This document shows, one piece after another, positions 20,273 through 28,931 of a stretch of DNA of 42,486 nucleotides. This DNA comes from an uncultured Collinsella sp. (lineage in GTDB: Bacteria > Actinomycetota > Coriobacteriia > Coriobacteriales > Coriobacteriaceae), in assembly GCA_902492545.1 (NCBI GenBank), contig CABULX010000001.1, positions 1 to 42,486 of the forward strand, in the 5' to 3' direction. Below the pieces are notes generated by a model that worked only from the letters and a program-made list of their open reading frames with translations, did not search any database and had not been told where the DNA came from. A program made the translations under genes and the position numbers. Numbering within the stretch: the first letter of the stretch is position 1; each line of letters starts with the position of its first letter.

Positions 20273-22288
20273 ATGGTAAAGATTCGAGAGAAGCAAACCG
20301 AGCAGCTCGAGAAGGCTGCCTCCAAGGGGCTCAAGCTCGGTGGCTGGAAGAAGATGACGCTGTCTTCTAAGATTGCCGCCGTCGTGCTGGTGCTGGTCGC
20401 CCTGACTGCGATCCTGGCGCCCCTTCTTGCCCCCTATAGCCCGGTCGAGATCTTTACGGCTCGCCAGGCTCCCGGCAACGGATTTATCTTCGGTACCGAC
20501 GATAAGGGTCGCGACATTCTGTCGCGTATGCTCTACGGTGGTCGTTACTCGCTGATTATCGGCTTTGGCGCCACTGCCATGGCTCTGGTCTGCGGCTCGG
20601 TCGTGGGCGCCCTTGCAGCGGTTTCGCGCAAGGCCGTCTCCGAGACGATCATGCGTATCTTGGACATCATCATGTCCATCCCCGGCATCGCCCTCGCGGC
20701 CGTCTTCGTCTCCATCCTGGGCAACTCCGTGCCGTCGATCATCTTCGCCATCGGCTTTATGTACACTCCGCAGATTGCCCGTATCGTACGCGCCAACATC
20801 GTGTCTGAGTACGGCGAGGACTATGTCCGCGCGGTCATCGTTTCCGGCGCCAAGGCTCCGTGGATTTTGATCAAGCATGTTCTGCGTAACTGCATCGCCC
20901 CGATCATGGTCTTTACCGTTACCCTGGTCGCCGACGCCATCATCTTCGAGGCCTCGCTGACCTTCATCGGCGCTGGTATCCAGGAGCCCACCGCTACCTG
21001 GGGCAACATCCTCGCCGACGCCCGCGGCGGCGTGCTCGCTGGCCGTTGGTGGCAGGCGCTGTTCCCGGGCCTGGCCATCATGATCACCTGCCTGGCGCTC
21101 AACATCCTCTCCGAGGGCATTACCGACGCCATGGCCGCTGCTCCCTCCGCCGCCCTGGATCCCACCGATTCCTCCAAGCGTCGCGAGGCCGACCTGCTGG
21201 TCTCCGACCCCGTTCGCGCCTACAAGGAGCAGGCCCAGTCCCTCTCCGCTCGCCTTGGCGCCCTGCGCGATGTCGAGCTCAAGCGTGACGATCGCCATGT
21301 GCCCGACGAGTCTGTTGAACCGATTCTCTCGGTCCGTGACTTCTGCATCCAGTTTGAGCATCACGGTGATATCAACGTCGTCGACCATGTCAACTTTGAC
21401 GTCCGTCCTGGTCAGACCATGGGCCTGGTGGGCGAGTCCGGTTGCGGTAAGTCCATCACCACGCTGGCCATCATGGGCCTGACCGACGATGACGAGCATC
21501 TTTCCGGCGAGGTTCTCTGGGAGGGCCGTGACCTGCTCAAGATGAGCAAGAAGGAGTGGTTCGGCCTGCGCGGTACCGATATCGCTATGGTCTATCAGGA
21601 CGCCCTGTCCTCGCTCAACCCCTCCATGCTCATCTCTGCCCAGATGAAGCAGCTCACCAAGCGCGGCGGAACCCGCAGCGCCGAGGAGCTCTTGGAGCTC
21701 GTCGGCCTCGATCCCAAGCGCACGCTCGAGAGCTATCCGCACGAGCTTTCCGGCGGCCAGCGTCAGCGCGTCCTGATCGCTATGGCCCTTACCCGCGACC
21801 CCAAGCTGGTCATCTGCGACGAGCCCACGACCGCTCTGGACGTTACCGTCCAGAAGCAGGTCATCAAGCTGCTCAACGATCTTCAGGCCAAGCTCGGCTT
21901 TGCCATGATCTTCGTTTCGCATGACCTGGCTCTGGTCGCCGAGGTTGCCCATAACATCACGGTTATGTACGCCGGTCAGGTTATCGAGCAGGCACCCACC
22001 AAGGAGCTGCTCACTAACCCGATCCACGAGTACACCCGCGGTCTTCTGGGTTCCGTTCTGTCCATCGAGAGCGGTTCGGGCCGCCTGCACCAGGTGCCCG
22101 GCGCCGTTCCGAGCCCGCGCGATTTCCCCAAGGGCGATCGCTTCGCGCCCCGCTCGAGCCATCCGCGTATTGGCCTGGACACCCGTCCGGTCTTCAAGCG
22201 CGTGCCCGGCACCGAGCACTTCTATTCCGAGCTCCCCGACGAGGTGCTCAAGGCAAATGGTTTGACCCCTCACGCGGAGGTGATGTAG
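20273..22288 (+). CDS. Fused ABC permease (DppC-like) plus ATPase (DppD-like)
   Basis: N-half GTDDKGRDILSR membrane domain; C-half GESGCGKS, LSGGQRQR, DEPTTALD in one ORF. Confidence 0.93.
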   Translation: MVKIREKQTEQLEKAASKGLKLGGWKKMTLSSKIAAVVLVLVALTAILAPLLAPYSPVEIFTARQAPGNGFIFGTDDKGRDILSRMLYGGRYSLIIGFGATAMALVCGSVVGALAAVSRKAVSETIMRILDIIMSIPGIALAAVFVSILGNSVPSIIFAIGFMYTPQIARIVRANIVSEYGEDYVRAVIVSGAKAPWILIKHVLRNCIAPIMVFTVTLVADAIIFEASLTFIGAGIQEPTATWGNILADARGGVLAGRWWQALFPGLAIMITCLALNILSEGITDAMAAAPSAALDPTDSSKRREADLLVSDPVRAYKEQAQSLSARLGALRDVELKRDDRHVPDESVEPILSVRDFCIQFEHHGDINVVDHVNFDVRPGQTMGLVGESGCGKSITTLAIMGLTDDDEHLSGEVLWEGRDLLKMSKKEWFGLRGTDIAMVYQDALSSLNPSMLISAQMKQLTKRGGTRSAEELLELVGLDPKRTLESYPHELSGGQRQRVLIAMALTRDPKLVICDEPTTALDVTVQKQVIKLLNDLQAKLGFAMIFVSHDLALVAEVAHNITVMYAGQVIEQAPTKELLTNPIHEYTRGLLGSVLSIESGSGRLHQVPGAVPSPRDFPKGDRFAPRSSHPRIGLDTRPVFKRVPGTEHFYSELPDEVLKANGLTPHAEVM

Positions 22289-23116
22289 ATGAGCGAGACC
22301 GCAGTCAACGGCGTCGAGCCGATCATCTTCCTTGATGACGTCCACGTCACCTTTAGGACCCGTACCGGCTCGATTCTGCACCCCAACCTGGTTCACGCCG
22401 TCCAGGGTGTAACGATTAAGCTCATGCCCGGTCAGACGATCGGCATCGTCGGCGAGTCCGGTTGCGGTAAGTCCACCACTGCCAACGTCATGTGCGGCCT
22501 GCAGGCCCCCACGAGTGGCAAGGTCTACTTTAAGGGCAAGGACGTTACCAAACGTACCGCCGAGGACCGTCGCCACATGGGTCGCGTCATCTCGGTCGTG
22601 TTTCAAAACCCGGCCACGGCGCTCAACCCCCGCATGGTCGTTCGCGAGCAACTGCTCGACCCCATGCGCGTCCACAACCTGGGTACCGAGGCCGAGCAGG
22701 AGAAGCGCGTCAAGGAGCTTTTGGAGCTCACCGGTCTGCCCAGCTCCGCCGCCGAGGTTCTTCCCGGCCAGCTTTCGGGCGGCCAGCGTCAGCGCGTCGC
22801 AATTGCCCGTGCCCTGTCGCTGAACCCCGATGCCATCATCGCCGACGAGCCCACCTCGGCTCTGGACGTTTCGGTCCGCGCGCAGATTCTCAACCTGTTG
22901 ACCGACCTTAAGAAGGAGCTCGGCCTGGCCATGGTGTTCATCAGCCATGACATCCAGACGGTCCGCTATATCTCTGACGACATCATCGTTATGAATGGCG
23001 GCAAGATCGTCGAGCAGGGCGAGGCCAAGCAGGTCTTCCAGCACCCCCAGGACCCCTACACCAAGATGCTGCTCGGCGCTGCGCCGTCGCTGCTGCACCC
23101 CAAGCTCGGCGAGTAG
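22289..23116 (+). CDS. ABC ATPase (DppF-like)
   Basis: GESGCGKST, LSGGQRQR, DEPTSALD. Confidence 0.94.
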   Translation: MSETAVNGVEPIIFLDDVHVTFRTRTGSILHPNLVHAVQGVTIKLMPGQTIGIVGESGCGKSTTANVMCGLQAPTSGKVYFKGKDVTKRTAEDRRHMGRVISVVFQNPATALNPRMVVREQLLDPMRVHNLGTEAEQEKRVKELLELTGLPSSAAEVLPGQLSGGQRQRVAIARALSLNPDAIIADEPTSALDVSVRAQILNLLTDLKKELGLAMVFISHDIQTVRYISDDIIVMNGGKIVEQGEAKQVFQHPQDPYTKMLLGAAPSLLHPKLGE

Positions 23117-23132
23117 CCTCGCTTTCCCTCCC

Positions 23133-23160
23133 GTGCGCCCGGTTCCCTTGCCGGGCGCAC
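23133..23160 (+). other. Intergenic perfect 10-bp stem-loop
   Basis: GTGCGCCCGG-N8-CCGGGCGCAC, no U tract. Confidence 0.7.
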
Positions 23161-23196
23161 CTCCGTTGCGATTTCGAAAGGTTGGGTTCACGAGCC

Positions 23197-24174
23197 ATGC
23201 CAAGTGCTCAGGAGCTACAACATCAATTTGGTGAATATCGAGGCGCCATGCCCCGTCCATCAGATTTCGATCTCTTTTGGAAGGATCGCATGGTCGAGGC
23301 CGACGCCGTCGGGCTTGACTATGCGATCGAGACGGCATCGGTCACCGATGCCGCGACCTGCCAGCTTTTCGACCTCTGGTATACCGGCATGTGTGGCGCT
23401 CGCCTGCATGCCAAGTACCTTAAACCCGTCTCGGACGAGCCCGTGCCATTGGTACTTCAGTTCCATGGGTATCCGGGTGCAAGCCGCAGCTGGTTTGAGC
23501 AGGCGTCGTTTGCGGGCATGGGCATGGCACTCATCGCCCTCGACTGCCCCGGCCAAGGAGGTCCCTCCGAGGACATTGGTGGATTTGAGGGCACAACGGT
23601 TGCCGGGCATATCGTCGCCGGTATCGACGGCGACCCGGCCAACCTCTATTATGTCCGCTTGCACCAAGATATTCGCATCCTGTGCCGCATCGTTCACGAG
23701 CTCGAGGGCATCGATCTTGCCCGTGTGTTTGTGAACGGCGCGTCGCAGGGCGGTGGTTTGGGCATTGCGACCTGCGCACTTAACAGCGAGCTTATCAATC
23801 GTGCCGCCATCCTCTATCCCTTCCTGTCAGATTTTCGCCTGGTCTGGGATTTGGATGCCGACGACATTGCCTACGAGGGCCTGCGCTATTGGTCTCGCTG
23901 GTTTGACGAGGACTCGACTCGTATTGACGAAGCCTATGCCAAGCTGGCGTACTTCGATTCCAAGAACTTTGCCCCTATGGTCAAATGCCCCGTGCTGTTT
24001 GGCACTGGCACAACCGATGTCGTCTGTCCGCCAGCGACGCAGTTTGCGGTCTATAACAACCTGACCTGTGAAAAGCGTCATGAGTTCTTTGAAGGCTTTG
24101 GCCACGAGGAGATTCAGGATTTTGACGATCTGATCATTCCGTTTTTCTGCAAGGGAGGGGAGGCTCATGTCTAA
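23197..24174 (+). CDS. CE7/acetylxylan-esterase-family hydrolase (putative sialate O-acetylesterase)
   Basis: DFDLFW, FHGY, GASQGG nucleophile elbow, DVVCPP, GHE; exact start uncertain. Confidence 0.88.
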   Translation: MPSAQELQHQFGEYRGAMPRPSDFDLFWKDRMVEADAVGLDYAIETASVTDAATCQLFDLWYTGMCGARLHAKYLKPVSDEPVPLVLQFHGYPGASRSWFEQASFAGMGMALIALDCPGQGGPSEDIGGFEGTTVAGHIVAGIDGDPANLYYVRLHQDIRILCRIVHELEGIDLARVFVNGASQGGGLGIATCALNSELINRAAILYPFLSDFRLVWDLDADDIAYEGLRYWSRWFDEDSTRIDEAYAKLAYFDSKNFAPMVKCPVLFGTGTTDVVCPPATQFAVYNNLTCEKRHEFFEGFGHEEIQDFDDLIIPFFCKGGEAHV

Positions 24175-25018
24175 GTGCGAGAGCAATGTCAATGAGCTGA
24201 TTGTCCCCGGGCTCGTGGGAATTCCTGGAACGGTTTCGTCAAGGCTCGCAGAATATCGAGGCTGGCGCGGTGATGTCCAAGCAGATGTTTCCGATTTAGA
24301 GACATGCGCTTCGAATCTTGAGATTCAAGGCCTGGCCATTACGGCGATTGACTTTGTTAACCCCTGCGCCCGTTACTCGGAGGTCTCCTTTGAGCTCGGT
24401 GACGATGCGATTCACGCTCGTTTGATTGAGCCTGTCGGTCGTGCCCGAGTATCTGAGCGCGTGCCGCTGTGCCTGATGTTCCACGACATCGATCGGCCTG
24501 TGCGCGGCTGGCATCACATGACGAGATTTGCCGCCATGGGTTATGCCGTCCTCGCGCTGGATGACGATGTTGCTGGTGCGGACGACCTGCAGCGGGGGAT
24601 TTCTTCGCCCGCTTTTGTCGAGCGCGTCCGTTGGGGTTGCGCGCTGGCGAAGGTGGCGCGCAATCTTGATGGCATGGACCCCGACCGCATCTTTGCATGG
24701 GGCGAGGGTCTAGGCGGCGGAGTCGCGCTGGCGGTTTCTGCTCTGGACGAGCGGGGTCTCGCCTGCACGGCGGTTGCCAATCCGCTTCCTGGCGGCCTCG
24801 AGGCGCTGTCGTCTCGGGTGCGCGGATCGGTGCTCATGGGCACATCGCTCATGGATACCGTGAGCGATCCCAAGGATCAGTTTGCCGTATTCAACGGTCT
24901 TGAGTGTGACCGGAGACATATCATCTATGCCAAATACGCTCACGAGCGCATCAATGCGTTCGAAAACGAAGTCGTCGACTTTTTTAACCAAACGTTCTAC
25001 TCGTGTTCTTTGGCCTAG
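24167..25018 (+). CDS. Divergent CE7-like alpha/beta hydrolase lacking catalytic Ser
   Basis: Colinear with upstream esterase (PLCLMFH, QFAVFN, YAHE) but elbow reads GEGLGG; GGGAGG RBS; 8-nt overlap with upstream gene. Confidence 0.75.
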   Translation: MSKCESNVNELIVPGLVGIPGTVSSRLAEYRGWRGDVQADVSDLETCASNLEIQGLAITAIDFVNPCARYSEVSFELGDDAIHARLIEPVGRARVSERVPLCLMFHDIDRPVRGWHHMTRFAAMGYAVLALDDDVAGADDLQRGISSPAFVERVRWGCALAKVARNLDGMDPDRIFAWGEGLGGGVALAVSALDERGLACTAVANPLPGGLEALSSRVRGSVLMGTSLMDTVSDPKDQFAVFNGLECDRRHIIYAKYAHERINAFENEVVDFFNQTFYSCSLA

Positions 25019-25086
25019 ACGGCCTGGACACTGCCAACAAGAGTGGGCGGCATAGGGCTGCCCACCAGACAACTAAGGAGATTCTT

Positions 25087-26007
25087 GTGGCAACTCAGAA
25101 ATTCACCGGCGTTATCCCTCCCGTCGTTGTTCCCGATACCGAAGACCACCAGCTCGATGTTGCCTCCTTTGAGCGCAGCATCAACCGCATGATCGATGCC
25201 GGCGTCGATGGCTTGTTCTTCCTGGGCTCCTCGGGCGAGGTCGTCTTCTCCACCGACGAGCGTCGCCGTCAGATCATCTCCGAGGCCGTCCGTATCGTCG
25301 ACCACCGCGTTCCCGTTCTGGTCGGCATCATCGACACCGAGACCGAGCGCATGATCGAGCACGGTAAGGTCGCTCAGGAGCTGGGCGCCGATGCGCTTGT
25401 CGCCACCTGCCCGTTCTATGCCCTGCAGGGCATGACCGAGGTCGAGGAGCACTTCCGCATCCTGCATGAGGAACTCGACCTGCCCATCTTCGCCTATGAC
25501 ATCCCCGTGTGTGTCCACACCAAGCTCCCGTGGAAGCTCCTTGCCAAGCTCGGTGCCGAGGGCGTTCTGGCCGGCGTCAAGGATTCCTCGGGTGATGACA
25601 TCTCGTTCCGCTACCTCGTTCAGGAGAACGAGAAGAACGGCCATCCGATGAGTATCCTCACCGGTCACGAGGTTGTTGTCGACGGCGCCTACCTCGGTGG
25701 CGCCGACGGTTCCGTTCCGGGTCTCGCCAACGTTGAGCCCGAGGGCTACGTGCGTCAGTGGAAGGCCGCCCAGGCTGGTGACTGGGCTACCGTCAAGGCC
25801 GAGCAGGATCGCCTCAATGAGATTTCGCACATCTGGGATGTCACCTCGGGCGTCCAGGGTTATGCCGGTGGCGTCGGCGCCTTCAAGACCGCTATGAACC
25901 TCATGGGTATCTTCGACAGCCCGACCATGCCGCGCCCGGTGAAGGCCATGACCGGCGAGAACGTCGAGGCGATCAAGAAGGTCCTCCAGGACAACGGTCT
26001 CCTGTAA
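25087..26007 (+). CDS. nanA: N-acetylneuraminate lyase (DapA family)
   Basis: GSSGE, AYDIP, Schiff-base VKDSSGD; next to ROK kinase and nanE; AAGGAG RBS before GTG 25087. Confidence 0.85.
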   Translation: MATQKFTGVIPPVVVPDTEDHQLDVASFERSINRMIDAGVDGLFFLGSSGEVVFSTDERRRQIISEAVRIVDHRVPVLVGIIDTETERMIEHGKVAQELGADALVATCPFYALQGMTEVEEHFRILHEELDLPIFAYDIPVCVHTKLPWKLLAKLGAEGVLAGVKDSSGDDISFRYLVQENEKNGHPMSILTGHEVVVDGAYLGGADGSVPGLANVEPEGYVRQWKAAQAGDWATVKAEQDRLNEISHIWDVTSGVQGYAGGVGAFKTAMNLMGIFDSPTMPRPVKAMTGENVEAIKKVLQDNGLL

Positions 26008-26037
26008 AGCTTCCCCGGGCACCCGACCTCGCCGTTC

Positions 26038-26083
26038 AACCGTGCGGCCATGACCCATTAGATCAATGGTCGCACGGTTTCTT
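26038..26083 (+). terminator. Stem-loop / partial terminator after nanA
   Basis: AACCGTGCGGCCAT / ATGGTCGCACGGTT followed by TCTT. Confidence 0.6.
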
Positions 26084-26180
26084 GGCGATCTCGGGCACCT
26101 GGAAAACCTTTTCCGCGCTGTGACGGCTAGCCTGACGGCGCATTTCCTGTAGTTGTTTTTTATCTCCTAAGGAGAGCGAC

Positions 26181-27146
26181 ATGGAGAACAAGTACGTCTG
26201 CTCTGTCGATATCGGCGGAACTAAGATCGCGACTGCCATCATGGAGTACCCGGCTGACGGTAGTGTGCCCCATCCTGTTTTTGAGGCCGAGGTTCCCACC
26301 GAGGCCCAAGAGGGCGGCGAGGCCGTCTTCCAGCGTATCGAGGCGTCCATCAAGGCTGCTCTCGAGGCGAATCCCGATGTCGAGGTCCTTGGCGTCGGTA
26401 TCGGTGCCGCCGGCGTTGTCGATCCCAAGACGGGCGCCATCGCGTATGCCAACGAGATCATGCCCGGCTGGTCCGGCGTTCAGTTGGGGCCGCGCCTGCG
26501 CGAGGACCTCGGTCTTCCCGTTGCCGTTGTAGGCGACGTGCAGGCTCATGCTCTGGGCGAGGCCCACTGGGGCGTCGGCAAGGGCAAGTTCTCCGTCTTG
26601 TGTCTTGGCATCGGTACGGGCATTGGCGGCGCATATGTCGAGAACGGCCGCGTGATGCAGGGCTTCCATGGTGCTGCTGGCCATATGGGCCACATCGAGT
26701 GCTCGGCTGCCGCCGGCATTCCCTGCGCCTGCGGGCGTTCCGGCCATCTGGAGTCGGTTGCTTCGGGCACTTCCATTGGTCGTATGTACGATGAGCGCTT
26801 TGGCCGCGTCGACCCCAGCCGTCCTTCGGTCGGTCGCGATGTGAACGACCTGTGCCGTGCAGGCGACGCAAAGGCGACCGAGGTCATCCATGACGCCGGC
26901 TTTGCGCTGGGTGCGAGCTTGGGCTCGCTCGCTAACATCCTGGATCCTGAGGTCATCGTGCTTTCGGGCGGCGTGATTCACCAAGGCCCCGATTGGCGTT
27001 CGCAGACGTGGAAGGATTCGGTGCACGAGGGCTATGTCAGCCAGGCGCTCGATCCGCTTCAGGACACGCCGATCCTCATCGGTTCTCTGGAGGGCGATGC
27101 TCCGCTCATCGGTGCCGCTGAGCATCTTCTTGCCTCGTTGAAGTAA
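26181..27146 (+). CDS. nanK: ROK-family kinase, N-acetylmannosamine kinase
   Basis: VDIGGTKI, GIGTGIGG, GH..CACGRSGHLE Zn motif, no N-terminal HTH; lies between nanA and nanE. Confidence 0.85.
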   Translation: MENKYVCSVDIGGTKIATAIMEYPADGSVPHPVFEAEVPTEAQEGGEAVFQRIEASIKAALEANPDVEVLGVGIGAAGVVDPKTGAIAYANEIMPGWSGVQLGPRLREDLGLPVAVVGDVQAHALGEAHWGVGKGKFSVLCLGIGTGIGGAYVENGRVMQGFHGAAGHMGHIECSAAAGIPCACGRSGHLESVASGTSIGRMYDERFGRVDPSRPSVGRDVNDLCRAGDAKATEVIHDAGFALGASLGSLANILDPEVIVLSGGVIHQGPDWRSQTWKDSVHEGYVSQALDPLQDTPILIGSLEGDAPLIGAAEHLLASLK

Positions 27147-27162
27147 ACGTATCTGCTGTAGG

Positions 27163-27193
27163 AGCCTCCCGAGACAACACGCCTCGGGAGGCT
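27163..27193 (+). other. Perfect 11-bp intergenic stem-loop
   Basis: AGCCTCCCGAG-N9-CTCGGGAGGCT. Confidence 0.7.
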
Positions 27194-27216
27194 GTTCTAA
27201 GAAAGGTTGCAGCCTT

Positions 27217-27903
27217 ATGACCGTCGATCCTTTGATTCAATCCCTGAAGGGCAAGCTCGTCGTGAGCGTTCAGGCGTATATGGGAGAGCCGCTTCGTACG
27301 CCCGAGACCATGGCTCAAATGTCTCGCGCTTGCGAGCTTGGCGGCGCCGCCGCCATTCGTTGCCAGGGCCTTGCCGACATTGCCGCCATTAAGGGTCGCT
27401 GTGAGGTTCCTGTCATCGGCCTGTGGAAGGATGGGCACGAGGGCGTTTACATCACGCCGACGCTGCGCCACGCTCGCGCCTGCGTTGCTGCGGGTGCCGA
27501 TATCGTGGCGATCGACGCCACCGATCGCCCACGTCCCGATGGCAAGACCGTCGAGGACACCTTCCGCCCGCTGCACGAGGAGGGTGTGCTCCTGATGGCG
27601 GATTGTGCCACCATCGAGGACATTCGCCGCGCGGTCGATATGGGCTTCGACCTGGTATCCACCACGCTTTCTCACGGTGTCGCCGCCATCGACTGCACCA
27701 TGGCCGATGGCCCCGATCTGCCGCTCCTGCGTCAGGCGACCGAGGAATTCCCCGGTCTTCCCATCATCTGCGAGGGCCGCGTGCATACGCCCGAGGAGGC
27801 TCGCGCTGCAATCGACGCTGGTGCCTGGGCTGTTGTCGTCGGCACTGCCATCACGCACCCCACGAGTATTACAAGTTGGTTCAAGGCTGCGCTTGAGGCG
27901 TAA
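27217..27903 (+). CDS. nanE: N-acetylmannosamine-6-phosphate 2-epimerase
   Basis: LVVSVQA, AAAIR, PVIGLWK, YITPT, ICEGRVHTP, VVVGTAITHP. Confidence 0.95.
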   Translation: MTVDPLIQSLKGKLVVSVQAYMGEPLRTPETMAQMSRACELGGAAAIRCQGLADIAAIKGRCEVPVIGLWKDGHEGVYITPTLRHARACVAAGADIVAIDATDRPRPDGKTVEDTFRPLHEEGVLLMADCATIEDIRRAVDMGFDLVSTTLSHGVAAIDCTMADGPDLPLLRQATEEFPGLPIICEGRVHTPEEARAAIDAGAWAVVVGTAITHPTSITSWFKAALEA

Positions 27904-27954
27904 GACAGGCCTCGTATCCGCTCGGGGCGGTATACTCAATTTAGGCAATTGACC

Positions 27955-27991
27955 GCGCGGGATCCGGGTTGCTGGGTCCCGCGCTTGTTTT
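27955..27991 (+). terminator. Terminator-like hairpin at end of nan cluster
   Basis: GCGCGGGATCCGG-GTTG-CTGGGTCCCGCGC followed by TTGTTTT. Confidence 0.7.
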
Positions 27992-28004
27992 CGGGAGGCG
28001 GCAC

Positions 28005-28925
28005 ATGCAAAAGGGAGATGCCATGGATGCGGCGGAGCGCTCGGAGCGCATCCCCGATATCGTCATCATCACCGGAATGTCCGGATCGGGCCGCACACAG
28101 GCCATGCACGTGTTTGAGGACATGGGCTATTTTTGCATCGATAACTTGCCTCCGCGTCTCATCGCCCAGCTTGCCGAACTCGTCGGCATCAATACGGGCG
28201 TGGGCAGGCATCTCGCCGTTACCTGCGATTTGCGTAGTCAGGGCTTGTTCGATGAGCTGCTCGATGCCGTTGCCGCACTCGAGGAGCGCGAGATGAGCTG
28301 TGATATCGTGTTCCTGGAGGCGTCTGACGAGGTGCTGATTCGTCGCTACAGCGAAAATCGCCGCCGTCATCCCATTGCCAAGCCGGGGGAGACTACGGCC
28401 GATGCCATTCAGCGCGAGCGCCTTCAGCTACAGGGCGTGCGCGATCGAGCCGATATGATTATCGACACGAGCCGTCTGCGCACCTCTGCGCTGCGCAACA
28501 AGCTACGTATGGCATTTTCCGAGCTGTCCGACCAGCAGCTCATGGACGTCCACGTGTTCTCGTTTGGCTTTAAGCACGGCATGCCCGTCGAGGCGGACAT
28601 TATGATCGACGTCCGCTTCCTGCCCAATCCGTTCTACGATCCCGAGATGCGCACGATGACCGGTCTCGATAAAAAGGTCTCCGATTTTGTTCTGGGCCAT
28701 CCCAAGACGCAGGAGTTTTGGAAGGCTTGGACACAGCTGCTCGATACGGTGATGCCGGGCTATATCGCGGAGGGCAAGCCGCAGCTTTCTATCGCCATCG
28801 GCTGTACGGGCGGCCAGCACCGCAGCGTTGCCATTGCCGAGGCCACGGCCCGATACCTGGAAGGCGCTCAGTACCACGTGAGCATCTCCCACCGCGACCT
28901 GTCGCGCACCAACACGAAGGCATAG
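28005..28925 (+). CDS. rapZ: RNase adapter RapZ/YvcJ family P-loop protein
   Basis: ITGMSGSGR, GYFCIDNLPP, SFGFKHG, DVRFLPNP, GCTGGQHRSV; alternative start 28023. Confidence 0.95.
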   Translation: MQKGDAMDAAERSERIPDIVIITGMSGSGRTQAMHVFEDMGYFCIDNLPPRLIAQLAELVGINTGVGRHLAVTCDLRSQGLFDELLDAVAALEEREMSCDIVFLEASDEVLIRRYSENRRRHPIAKPGETTADAIQRERLQLQGVRDRADMIIDTSRLRTSALRNKLRMAFSELSDQQLMDVHVFSFGFKHGMPVEADIMIDVRFLPNPFYDPEMRTMTGLDKKVSDFVLGHPKTQEFWKAWTQLLDTVMPGYIAEGKPQLSIAIGCTGGQHRSVAIAEATARYLEGAQYHVSISHRDLSRTNTKA

Positions 28926-28931
28926 GCCTGC

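Noticed and set aside
20273..22288. Permease-ATPase fusion as novelty or sequencing artefact
   Set aside because: Same fusion is known in actinobacterial sialic acid ABC importers; frame is clean
19325..23338. 1337-aa antisense ORF across the ABC genes
   Set aside because: Shadow frame of GC-rich, codon-biased sense genes; no recognisable motifs
25087..26007. dapA (lysine biosynthesis) assignment
   Set aside because: GSSGE rather than GTTGE, and context with nanK/nanE favours a Neu5Ac lyase
26181..27146. ROK protein as the missing nan repressor
   Set aside because: Begins directly with the DIGGT ATP-binding motif; no N-terminal HTH, so a kinase
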